In this document: piece by piece, positions 1-10,147 of the stretch
Position numbering within the stretch: the stretch's first letter is position 1
Layout of the letters: each line of letters begins with the position of its first letter
NCBI GenBank assembly: GCA_009602725.1
Contig: WELB01000017.1
Location: forward strand, 38,703-97,003
DNA length: 58,301 nucleotides
DNA from: Spirogloea muscicola
Lineage: Eukaryota
Direction of reading: 5' to 3'
Program-made: the position numbers and the translations under genes
The notes under the pieces: generated by a model
Databases searched by the model: none
What the model saw: only the letters and a program-made list of their open reading frames with translations
What the model was told of the DNA's origin: nothing

Positions 1-1
1 G

Positions 2-253
2 CCGGCGGCGGCGGCGCCGGGCGGCGGCGATGCGAGGGCGGCGCACCACGTGAACAAGAAGGCGACGGGGAAGCACAACAAGCGGCGGCCCAAGAAGCAC
101 AGCGCGTCGGACCGCAACCGCGGCGGCACCAAGGACTACGGCTTCTCCCCCGCCGACGCGCCGCCCATCTGGGGCTACGACGACGCCGCCATGGCGCCCG
201 CCGCCACCGCCGGCCCGCCGGCGCTGGAAACCGCCGCGCCCGCAGCGGCCTGA
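2..253 (+). CDS. PSRP6: Plastid-specific 50S ribosomal protein 6 (cL38), 5'-truncated by the window edge
   Basis: The frame is open from base 2: ...AHHVNKKATGKHNKRRPKKHSASDRNRGGTKDY...PPIW*. This resembles the PSRP6 core (KKxTxHHxKxRPKKxxPxDxxRxPTxY...W), recalled from plant and algal sequences. Confidence 0.7.
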   Translation, partial: PAAAAPGGGDARAAHHVNKKATGKHNKRRPKKHSASDRNRGGTKDYGFSPADAPPIWGYDDAAMAPAATAGPPALETAAPAAA

Positions 254-1858
254 TTTCGGGCAAGCTGGTCGCAGATGCGCTGCGGGGGGCCAGACACCCT
301 TTGCCCGGGCGTTGGAGCTCAGCCTCTCTCCGGAATCGCCTGCATCTGCGCATCCACCCCTTTACGAGCTCGTAGTGCCTCCACCTCCTCTCGTCTTTGC
401 GGTAGCTGCCCAGTGTTCTGGCCCAGAGGACCTTAGCTGCAGGTGGATGGCTTCAGCCACTGCAGTCGTATGCTCGCAGCCCATCAGTGGCAGTGCTGTT
501 AGGTACTGCGTTAGGGCTCGACATTACGACTACATTGACCTGTGCTCCTCACCGTGGAGTGCCTGTACTGGTCTTGAGCATGATCAGTAAATCTACCATT
601 GTTTTTTGTGCGTGCAATGCTCTTTCACATCATGCTCTCTCCCATCCTGACATGGGAATGGGATTGGGTTGTTAGGTGTTTAGTTTCCCCTTCAACGTTT
701 TGACAGGGCGGTGGCTAGCATGCGGAAGCCTTGTCATATATTGACAGACGTCTGCGGAACTGGTGGCTCAATGCACAAGACAGTAAGGTGCGAGGTATTG
801 CTATCTGATAAGATGTTGAAGAAGCTGCAGATAGGAGCGGCGTCTTCTGTGGTGCCAATGATATAAGCATGCATCAGCTCCAGTCGCATTGCGACTCCAC
901 AATGAGCTAGGATCTACCTGGTTGTGCTCATCTCCTCAATGGAGATGTCTTGATCAAGAGAATGCAGCAGACGTCTACTTGCAGCATAGGATCTTATGGC
1001 TATGTCACGAGGCCAGCAACTTAACACAGTAGCAAGCCTTGAGCTGATAAGAGCTTTTGAAGGTCAGTCGTCAGTGCATTGAGCACTTCACAGTCGACAA
1101 GACGTGCCCCATTGTTTCACGATCTTGTGCTCGTCAGGCATTACTTGCAGATGGAGGATTAAGCAATGAGACCCACTAAGGTTGACATTTCTCAACAATT
1201 GTGGAAGGATCAGAGTGCTGCGGAGGGGGGGTGGTGGTGCTTGCCACGCGATTGAGCTGGCTCTTGACGCAGAAGTTTAGTATTGTGCCAAGAGTAGTTC
1301 TGCTGCTCGTAGCAAGTCGGTACAGGTGGCAGTCGCTTCAGTTGGACGTGCTTGGCGCAAGCTTGTCTGCTAAGGAGCATACCTCTTGCCCAAGGCAGGG
1401 AGACATAGATTGTGAAGGCTCCAGAGAAGAGTCTGGTGAGCAGTACTTGTGCGGTCCAAATGAGGAGGCTTAAATGGTGTTGAAATGATTGCGCTAATAT
1501 AAACATCAACGATAATTACAATAATAATTTGCAAGGTCTTGTACCTCGGAACTGAGGCTTGACCAAGCAGCCTCGGAAGTGCCTCAGGGCTTATGTGGTC
1601 TCAGGAGAGTGCTGACCGGGAATGCCCTAAACAAGTTTGTACAATCGACCCCTTTGATGCCAACAGTTTGTAGCTCGTGATCACTGTGTCAGCCTCGTCT
1701 TAATAGCAACACAAAAAACAGAAAAGAGGCCTGCACACACTAACGCTACCAGGTGCTACGTCTGCAACTGCTTGCCTGCTCCACCTTATGACACTTTTTG
1801 GCAGACGAGGGCATTGTATACCGTGCAGAATACTCGCTGCCCAACCTGAGTTGAGGTT

Positions 1859-4090
1859 CTATACTGTAGGAAGCTTGGCCGAGGGCATGGGAGAGCCGGG
1901 TCCTGAGCTTGGCTCCACCGAGAGGGTCTCTAGTGCCAGCTGCAGACCTGCCGGTACCGGCGCAGCTGCTACTGCAGGGGTAGCCATCTTGTCGCCACCC
2001 AAGGTGGCCCTCATTGCGCTGCGGCGCTGGACCCGCTTCAAGGCCCACTTGCGGAGTTGGAGAACCTCCTGTTCGCTTACCTGGTGGCCCTTGCCTGAGA
2101 AAGACTGCCACTCAACTGCAACACCAGCGCTGCGAAGCACTTTCACCGCCAGCATGAGGGACAGAAATGAGAAGCTCTGGTCCACCATGCCGTGACTCCA
2201 CAACACAGGAACTCGCCGGCCTGCGTCAGGAGCCACGCCATGTAGCAACAGAGGTTGTTACACAGAGGCTCAGATGACTAGCTTCTACACCCCGTGGCAT
2301 GGGCCGATGAGGACTGAGTCGTCTAGGACCAATCACTGTCTGATATCAGAGGCCGGCTGTGGGAATGGGCATCAGCATCAAGCAGCTAAGTGACCGCCAC
2401 TTCTGGCAGGTAAGGAGCACACCTTGCGTGGAGATGGCCTTGGAGAAATTACTTGCGTCTAACGGGATCCAACCCCACAGGACTCCGACACCTGCTGGCA
2501 AGCAACCAATCTCAGTCAACACCCAAATGAGAGGCAAGCAGGAGGCGAGCGAAGCCTGCGAAGCACAGACTAGTGAAGGGGAAGGCTGCGCTGCACCAGG
2601 ATCAGGCGGGAGATTCGTAGTAGGCAGAAGCCTGGCATGGTGTGAGCAGGAGAAGGAGAGAGAGGCAGGCTGAACGGGCTGTGGTATCAAATGTCTAGGC
2701 CTCCTAATTACAGGACCAACAGGCGTGAGGTCAAGTTGGGGGTCCAGGTCCGGGCGGTGTTCAGCGCTCCAGAGCGAGCAGTGTCTGACCTGCCAATGTC
2801 TCAGGGTAGGCCAGAGCGGCGGCCAGCGCCAGCGCGCCACCCTGGCCGAAGCCGCCTAGCAGTATCCTGCCCCAACGCGCGGCGCCGCCGCTTGCAGGCT
2901 GTCATTCTGAATCTGCACGAGGCACGCTAACTATGGTGACTCAAGGTTCCACAACCTAAAAATCATGGCTCTCGGAAAAGGCCGCCGCTGATCTGGTGGT
3001 TGCGATCGACCTCTGATAGCCGCTGGCAGCTATGGATATCTTGCAAGCAAGCAGCGAGCGACTTCAAAGAGGTGCGATGGTCTGACTCACCTCTTTGGGT
3101 TGGCGCCCGACTGGACCTCTTTGTCAATCAAGCTGTGGACCTCTTCCACAGCCTACACAGGGCGGAAGAGAAAAGTTGGCATTCGTCAGCACAGTGAACA
3201 AGCCAACGAGGTCAAGGAAAAGTCCGCCATAATTGACACGATCAGTTGGATTGCATCCATATATCAGGGTCTGCGGCAGCTGCAGCCGTCTGCCATGGTC
3301 TCGCGGCGAGAGAGGGCAGATGGAGTTGCCGCGGCAAGCGGGACTCGGCATCGGCATCAGCAGCTCGACAGAGCTGCGCAGGCCAACTGACCTTGTGGAG
3401 CTCCTGCGGTGTGCACTGGGGCCAGCCGGAGCTCGTCAAGGTGGCCGCGGGGTACCAGGACGGCACTGCCTGCCCGCCGTAGCAGGCCACTGTCGTGGCA
3501 CAGCAACGGGAGTTGGTTGCTACTGGCATGAGCACTCGGAAGCTGCAACTGCAGCGGCAGGCGCCGCAGCGACGGCGAAGGCAATGGCGCTCATGGGGCC
3601 GCGAAAGGGGTTAGGTTTAAAATTAGGGTTAGGTTTAAGGAATTAGATTATGTAATCTCGGGCTTAGGGGCTCACTGCTTTGCGTGGGTGCGGCCGGGGC
3701 CAGCCAGCGGAAGTCGTCGCGGGAGCAGGCGTCGCCGAGTAGCGCGGCGAGATGCGCGGTCAGCGGCCCGCCCGGCTCGTCGCCGAGGCCGTGCAGCCAG
3801 ATGAAGGCGCCGCAGCCGCCGCCGGGGCCCCCGGCGGCGGCTGCGGCTGCGGCCTCGTCGTCGCCGGGGAACCACTCCTCGCCGCGCGCATGGTCCAGGT
3901 CGGAGACGTCGAAGTCCGGCACGTCCACCGGCTTGATCACGCGGCCGCTCCTCTGCCTGCCAGCGCGGTCGCGGCGGCCGCCACGGCGGCGGGCCTCGTC
4001 AGAGAACCAGGCAGGTCCGCCAGGGGCGGCAGGGCAGCCGGAAGCCCGGCTTTCGCGGCGCGAGACGCGGGCGGCACATTCCGCCTCCAT
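1859..4090 (-). CDS. Phospholipase/carboxylesterase (acyl-protein thioesterase-like alpha/beta hydrolase) with Gly at the catalytic Ser position
   Basis: GT-AG exons at about 4090-3676 (FIWLHGLGD), 3489-3392 (MACYGGQAVPSWY), 3152-3091, 2866-2791 (ILLGGFGQGGALAL), 2491-2423 (GVLWGWIP) and 2220-1859 (VPVLWSHGMVD...GKGHQV). The start codon is uncertain. Confidence 0.85.
3607..3640. repeat. Degenerate telomere-like repeats in an intron
   Basis: ggggttaggtttaaaattagggttaggtttaagg. Confidence 0.4.
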
Positions 4091-4434
4091 TCTCCCGGCA
4101 CCTCAGGCTCGGCAGTGGCAGACGGATACGCACCGCAGCAGCCGGGCCCGGACGCGCTTCCACGCCCTCAGCAGCATCGGCGGCGAAGGCGGCGGCGGCG
4201 GCGGGGCGGCGGCGGCGGCGCGGCAAATTCGCGGCGGGGCTTGCGGCGGAAAGGCCGCTGCGGGACGAGCTGCGAGGGGGCGCTTTTTGAGCAGCAGCTT
4301 GCGGAGATCTGGCCGATCGGGCGGCTGCGGGTGAGCGGAGGGACGTGCATGACATGCCGTCCGATGGGGCGCCCCACGGACGGCGCGGAAGAGCTAATAC
4401 CTGGACCTCACACGGAGCCCCATCCCCTCCCTCC

Positions 4435-4584
4435 CCAGGAATTTTCGTGTATTTGAAACAAACGAAGGCCAAACGGCCAAGTACAAAGGCAAGCACATCT
4501 CAGACCTACATAACCTACAGAAGAATGACCCGCTCAGTAACCGCGGGTCAAAACATAAAGGTCGCAAATCGATGCCTGAATACT
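4435..4584 (-). mobile_element. CRE-like non-LTR element 3' end, type C
   Basis: Encodes SIQASICDLYVLTRGY* (stop 4534-4536) followed by a 3' UTR. Closely similar to 57318-57462. Confidence 0.75.
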
Positions 4585-5506
4585 NNNNNNNNNNNNNNNN
4601 NNNNNNNNNNNNNNNNNNNNNNNNNNNNNNNNNNNNNNNNNNNNNNNNNNNNNNNNNNNNNNNNNNNNNNNNNNNNNNNNNNNNNNNNNNNNNNNNNNNN
4701 NNNNNNNNNNNNNNNNNNNNNNNNNNNNNNNNNNNNNNNNNNNNNNNNNNNNNNNNNNNNNNNNNNNNNNNNNNNNNNNNNNNNNNNNNNNNNNNNNNNN
4801 NNNNNNNNNNNNNNNNNNNNNNNNNNNNNNNNNNNNNNNNNNNNNNNNNNNNNNNNNNNNNNNNNNNNNNNNNNNNNNNNNNNNNNNNNNNNNNNNNNNN
4901 NNNNNNNNNNNNNNNNNNNNNNNNNNNNNNNNNNNNNNNNNNNNNNNNNNNNNNNNNNNNNNNNNNNNNNNNNNNNNNNNNNNNNNNNNNNNNNNNNNNN
5001 NNNNNNNNNNNNNNNNNNNNNNNNNNNNNNNNNNNNNNNNNNNNNNNNNNNNNNNNNNNNNNNNNNNNNNNNNNNNNNNNNNNNNNNNNNNNNNNNNNNN
5101 NNNNNNNNNNNNNNNNNNNNNNNNNNNNNNNNNNNNNNNNNNNNNNNNNNNNNNNNNNNNNNNNNNNNNNNNNNNNNNNNNNNNNNNNNNNNNNNNNNNN
5201 NNNNNNNNNNNNNNNNNNNNNNNNNNNNNNNNNNNNNNNNNNNNNNNNNNNNNNNNNNNNNNNNNNNNNNNNNNNNNNNNNNNNNNNNNNNNNNNNNNNN
5301 NNNNNNNNNNNNNNNNNNNNNNNNNNNNNNNNNNNNNNNNNNNNNNNNNNNNNNNNNNNNNNNNNNNNNNNNNNNNNNNNNNNNNNNNNNNNNNNNNNNN
5401 NNNNNNNNNNNNNNNNNNNNNNNNNNNNNNNNNNNNNNNNNNNNNNNNNNNNNNNNNNNNNNNNNNNNNNNNNNNNNNNNNNNNNNNNNNNNNNNNNNNN
5501 NNNNNN
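4585..5506. other. Assembly gap (N run)
   Basis: Continuous Ns. Confidence 1.
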
Positions 5507-5697
5507 GCTCCAGCTCCCCAAGTTAGCTTGTCAGATTTGTTTGTGCTCACCCGTGGGTACTAATGTCATCTTAGGTACCTTAGATTAGGTCTCCGTATTA
5601 TGTAGCATTGTTTAGTCTGCACTCGACTCTGCCTGAACAATGTATTGGCTTGAATTGGCCTCCCTTTCAATTCATGCGCCCCGCGCGCCTTCTCTCT
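5507..5697 (+). mobile_element. CRE-like element 3' end, type B
   Basis: Encodes APAPQVSLSDLFVLTRGY* (stop 5561-5563), then a 3' UTR ending gcgccccgcgcgccttctctct. Homologous to 57873-58064. Confidence 0.8.
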
Positions 5698-6187
5698 GCC
5701 GGCACGAAGGTGCAGCGCGCGGGCCATAGACCTCTGCAGCGAGACGGCCAGGCGCATACGATACACTTGCGCCAGCAACCCGCCTGCAGAAAGGTCTACC
5801 AGCTCCCCATGGAAGCGACGGGCGATGGTGTGGCGGGCGAGCTGGGTGAGCAGCTCGAGCCACCGAGCGCCCAGCGCCCCATGGGTGTCAATTGCCAACG
5901 GGAAGAACTCGTCTTCCCGCGGATGGTCGGCGCACTTGAGCTCCTTAGCCGAGCGGCGCAGGCGACCGCATACCCAACCTTGGTGGCAAGAGGCACTTTG
6001 CCGAGACCCAGAGGCGGTGGCCATATCACGGCCTGCTCGCGAGTGGACGGCGTGGGCAAGGGAGCGTTGAAACGATACCGCCAGGCGCATTCGGAAGACT
6101 TGTGTTAGTGCACCGGCGGCGCTGAAGCCGGGGCATCGCTGCTGGCAGACCCGGCCTCCGGTCAATGGCCTGACAGGCAAGCCGCTG
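5698..6187 (-). mobile_element. Two fused RLE-endonuclease-region fragments of CRE-like elements
   Basis: AKELKCADHPREDEFFPLAIDTHGALG...YRMRLAVSLQRSMARALHLRAGR is nearly identical to 51035-51327. A diverged paralog lies next to it: QVFRMRLAVSFQRSLAHAVHSRAGR. Confidence 0.85.
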
Positions 6188-6323
6188 GAGAGAAGGCGCG
6201 CGGGGCTTATGAAATGAAAGGGAGGCCAATGCCAATACATTGTGCAGGCAGAGTCTAGGGCAAACTAAACAAGGCTACATAACACGGAGACCTAAAGCAA
6301 GGTGCCTAAGGTGACATTAGTAC
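6188..6323 (-). mobile_element. Type B 3' UTR copy, inverted relative to 5557-5697
   Basis: Reverse-complement match to 5557-5697. Confidence 0.75.
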
Positions 6324-7760
6324 AGGAGGAGATCCAGCCAGCGGCTGCCAAAAGCCCCGTTTACGTCGATCGCCAGGGCCGCTTCCAGCCATAGGGCCGG
6401 AAGCGGTGGCCAGTACTCTGACGCTTTTCCTCGACTGCTTATTAGTGGGAGAAGGCACGCGGTGCGCATGAAATTGAAAGAGAGGCCAATACTAGCCTTA
6501 CAAATGTCCTGGTAACGGGGGACGGTGGGGGGATATCCCCAACTCATCTCGGTGGCCGTAAGCCATTGAAGAAAGACGCTCCAATGAGAGGGCGGTGGCT
6601 GGGAGAGGCCAGCCCCCAAAAAACTAATGTACGAAGGTCAGAGGGGCAAAGGGGAATTGCGAAAGCAAGCCCATGTGGAATGAAGCAGCTACGAAACACT
6701 CACAGTAACCCCTGCTAACCAGCCGCAGGTCGGAGAAACTGGGCTCCTGGTGGCGGGTCCCCAGGCCAGGTCCCCAGGCTCGCACTTCCCCTGGCCCCTT
6801 CGAACTTTGTTAATTCGCTTTGGGCTGGCCTTTCCCAGCCCCTATCCTCTACCGTCTTGTGTTTTGTAGTGTAGTCCTTTTTCGGCACCTTTTCCTTTTG
6901 GCTTTGGACATTGTGCATTTTCTTTTTTTGGGCTGGCTTTGCCAGCTCCTCTTCTCTATGGGCGAGCACTTTCTTCTTTATTCTAAAGGCGAGCACTTCT
7001 CTCTCTGGGCTGGCCTCTCACAGCCACTGCTCTCACTTTGGACGAGCTTTTCTGGGTAAGCCACTTTCTGTTTTCAGAAAGAGGGGGCGAGGGCTGTGAG
7101 CCCCTCCCCTCACCGTTAGTCTTCTCTCTTCGGCCACTCAAACAGCCCCCGCCGCCTTCGGAAGAGCTCACTTATCTCTTCGGGGCAACCCCCACACGCT
7201 CTGGATAGGCACCTTAGCATAGGGCTCCGTATTATGTAGCCTTGTGTATCCTGCACTAGGTTCTGCTTTAACAATGTATTGGCCTGTATTGGCCTCCTTT
7301 TGATCTCATGCGCTCCCCGCGCCTTCTCTCTGGATGGCCTTCGGAGTTGGGTCATGTTTTGGGCCTCACACAATTATTTCCTTACAACGATAGAGCTCTT
7401 TCTTCTGTTGGGCTGGCTTTTCACAACCACTGCTTTGTATTCGAAGAGCTGTCTTCCATTTGGCTGGCCTCTCCTAAGAAAAAAGCTCTTCTAAGTCGAC
7501 AGCAATGGCTGTGAGAGGCTACCCCAAGGAATGGACAAGGTTTGAAAACAGCAATCCCAGATCGACAGCAGTGGCTGTGAGAGGCCAGCCCAAAGGAATG
7601 GACAAGTTCTGAAAGGGCCCGGATGGCTCAAAAGCAGAACACACTCTCACAGCCATCGCCAGCGTCTGGCGAGCTGTTTCAGTTTCTCTTTGGGCTGGCC
7701 TTTCACAGCTATTGCCCCTTCGAAAGAACTTCTTTTCCCAAACGAAGTCGGTCAACTAGA
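6324..7760. mobile_element. Patchwork of short CRE-like fragments and hairpin-bearing 3' ends
   Basis: Contains an RLE fragment ALAIDVNGAFGSRWLDLL (-, ~6324-6380), a type D UTR (-, 6449-6545), FSDLRLVSRGY (-, ~6700-6740), a type B UTR (+, 7207-7331), and many GGGCTGG-N5/6-CCAGCCC hairpin variants. Confidence 0.7.
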
Positions 7761-8032
7761 CAAAGTAGCTTCTACTGAGAGCTACTCAGCTATTACCCCT
7801 GGTCATCAGTCGCAAACCAACATAAATAGCAGCGGGGAAGGAAGAAGCCCTTCCAGATGTTGAAGAAGCCCTTCCAGTTGTTGAAGTAAGGGCAATAGCT
7901 GTTAAAGGACAGCCCAAGACGAAGGACAACATAAGTAAGGGGCCCACCTCCACTTGGACTCCGTGTCCCCTTCAAATGTGCTTTTCGATCTGTTACCTTA
8001 GCCCCTCAGAACCATCTTTGTACCTCTTACAA

Positions 8033-8272
8033 AAGAGAAGGCGCACGGTGCGCATGTAATTGAAAGGGAGGCCAATTCTAGCCTTACAAATGTCCTGGTA
8101 ACGGGGTAATGAGTTGGCTAAGGGAGGGCACTGATATCCACGAGTGAGCAGCACATACATATCTGACAAGCTAAGCTGAGGAACCAGACCACCACCACGG
8201 AAGCACATGTAGCTGGCCTAATGCACGCCCAGCACGCTGGTGTATCGCGAGTGCCTGGGAGCGCTGTAGACT
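8033..8272 (-). mobile_element. CRE-like element 3' end, type D
   Basis: SLQRSQALAIHQRAGRAL...GGGLVPQLSLSDMYVLLTRGY, followed by a UTR shared with 50280-50380 and 6449-6545. Confidence 0.75.
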
Positions 8273-8504
8273 CAATTATATATTTCGCCGCATTCTATAG
8301 CAGGCAACGATGAGAAAGTGCTCGGCCATTGAGGATAGGGGCTGGAAAAGCCAGCCCAAAAAAGAATGAACAGAGTACGAGAAGGAAGCGCGGCCAGATT
8401 GACTAGTGGCTGGGAAAGGCGAGCCCAAAGCAATGGACAAGGTCTGAAGGAGCCGGAGAAGGGGGCCAGGCACGATGGCTCGCGGGACAGACAGTGTACT
8501 GGCT

Positions 8505-8752
8505 TGCTTCGGGAGAGCCCTCGCTGCTGCCTCTGGCTCTGTCCAGGGGACCCACTTCCAGGACCCTAGCCTCTCTGATTTGCGGCTGCTTAGCAGGGGT
8601 TACTGAGTAATTTGTAGCTGCTTTCTTTCTTTGTGTGCTTTGGTTTCTTAGCGCTTCCTCTGGCTTCCTCTGGCCCCCTTCTCGTTCTTTGTTCATTCTT
8701 TTTTGGGCTGGCTTGTCCAGCCCCTATCCTCAATGGGCGAGCCCTTTCTTCT
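8505..8752 (+). mobile_element. CRE-like element 3' end, type A
   Basis: SGRALAAASGSVQGTHFQDPSLSDLRLLSRGY* followed by a UTR. By eye, ~8549-8743 is identical to ~53614-53808. Confidence 0.85.
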
Positions 8753-9158
8753 TTGGCCTCACTCGCTGTAATGCCCACCGCGCGGCTCCCGTGTGACACT
8801 GGGCCCGTTGCCGGGAGCACCGCCTGTCCCCATCACAGGCTCCGCGCTCGCCCGCGGCGGGGCGTCGTCAAGGCCGTGGCTCGTCTCGGTGTCTCCATCC
8901 GCTTGTCCACTGGTATCGAGCTGGCATTCCACTGCCACCGCCTCGCTTCAGGGGAGCTTCGCTTTGGACGAGCTACTTCCTTGGGGCCTTATCTATCGGT
9001 CTCACCCTCTGTACGCACCTGGCAGGCTTTCACAGCCGTTATGTTTAACGCCAGCAGCCGCATTCCCGTTGAGTGGGACAGCCGTCGGCCAGCCCGCGGG
9101 AGCGTCCCCGCCGCCTCCGCGCCCGGCGCTGGTCCGCCGGCCCTGCGCCGCCGCCGCG

Positions 9159-9280
<122 letters not shown>

Positions 9281-10039
9281 NNNNNNNNNNNNNNNNNNNN
9301 NNNNNNNNNNNNNNNNNNNNNNNNNNNNNNNNNNNNNNNNNNNNNNNNNNNNNNNNNNNNNNNNNNNNNNNNNNNNNNNNNNNNNNNNNNNNNNNNNNNN
9401 NNNNNNNNNNNNNNNNNNNNNNNNNNNNNNNNNNNNNNNNNNNNNNNNNNNNNNNNNNNNNNNNNNNNNNNNNNNNNNNNNNNNNNNNNNNNNNNNNNNN
9501 NNNNNNNNNNNNNNNNNNNNNNNNNNNNNNNNNNNNNNNNNNNNNNNNNNNNNNNNNNNNNNNNNNNNNNNNNNNNNNNNNNNNNNNNNNNNNNNNNNNN
9601 NNNNNNNNNNNNNNNNNNNNNNNNNNNNNNNNNNNNNNNNNNNNNNNNNNNNNNNNNNNNNNNNNNNNNNNNNNNNNNNNNNNNNNNNNNNNNNNNNNNN
9701 NNNNNNNNNNNNNNNNNNNNNNNNNNNNNNNNNNNNNNNNNNNNNNNNNNNNNNNNNNNNNNNNNNNNNNNNNNNNNNNNNNNNNNNNNNNNNNNNNNNN
9801 NNNNNNNNNNNNNNNNNNNNNNNNNNNNNNNNNNNNNNNNNNNNNNNNNNNNNNNNNNNNNNNNNNNNNNNNNNNNNNNNNNNNNNNNNNNNNNNNNNNN
9901 NNNNNNNNNNNNNNNNNNNNNNNNNNNNNNNNNNNNNNNNNNNNNNNNNNNNNNNNNNNNNNNNNNNNNNNNNNNNNNNNNNNNNNNNNNNNNNNNNNNN
10001 NNNNNNNNNNNNNNNNNNNNNNNNNNNNNNNNNNNNNNN
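9281..10039. other. Assembly gap (N run), probably hiding the 5' exon(s) of KAC
   Basis: Continuous Ns. The first visible KAC exon starts at a splice acceptor just after the gap. Confidence 0.95.
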
Positions 10040-10147
10040 CCCCCCCTTCCCCACACACACACATTCCTTCTTCACCTGCTCCTGCCACGCTTTCATTAAA
10101 CTTCATGATCGCAGATCAGCCTCCCACCCACCTGCTGGTGATTGCAG

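Noticed and set aside
312..1750. Short ORFs between PSRP6 and the hydrolase
   Set aside because: No recognisable motifs or consistent splice pattern; treated as UTR or intergenic sequence.
4345..5588. Long ORFs full of X
   Set aside because: They only read through the N gap.
5566..5700. Recurring peptide EKARGAHELKGRPIQANTLF (also in ORFs at 7116-7373 and 57933-58208)
   Set aside because: It is the antisense translation of the type B 3' UTR, not a protein domain.
6597..7712. Spaced palindromic repeats resembling a CRISPR array
   Set aside because: The context is eukaryotic, spacing is irregular, orientation is mixed, no cas genes are present, and the repeats match retrotransposon 3' UTRs.
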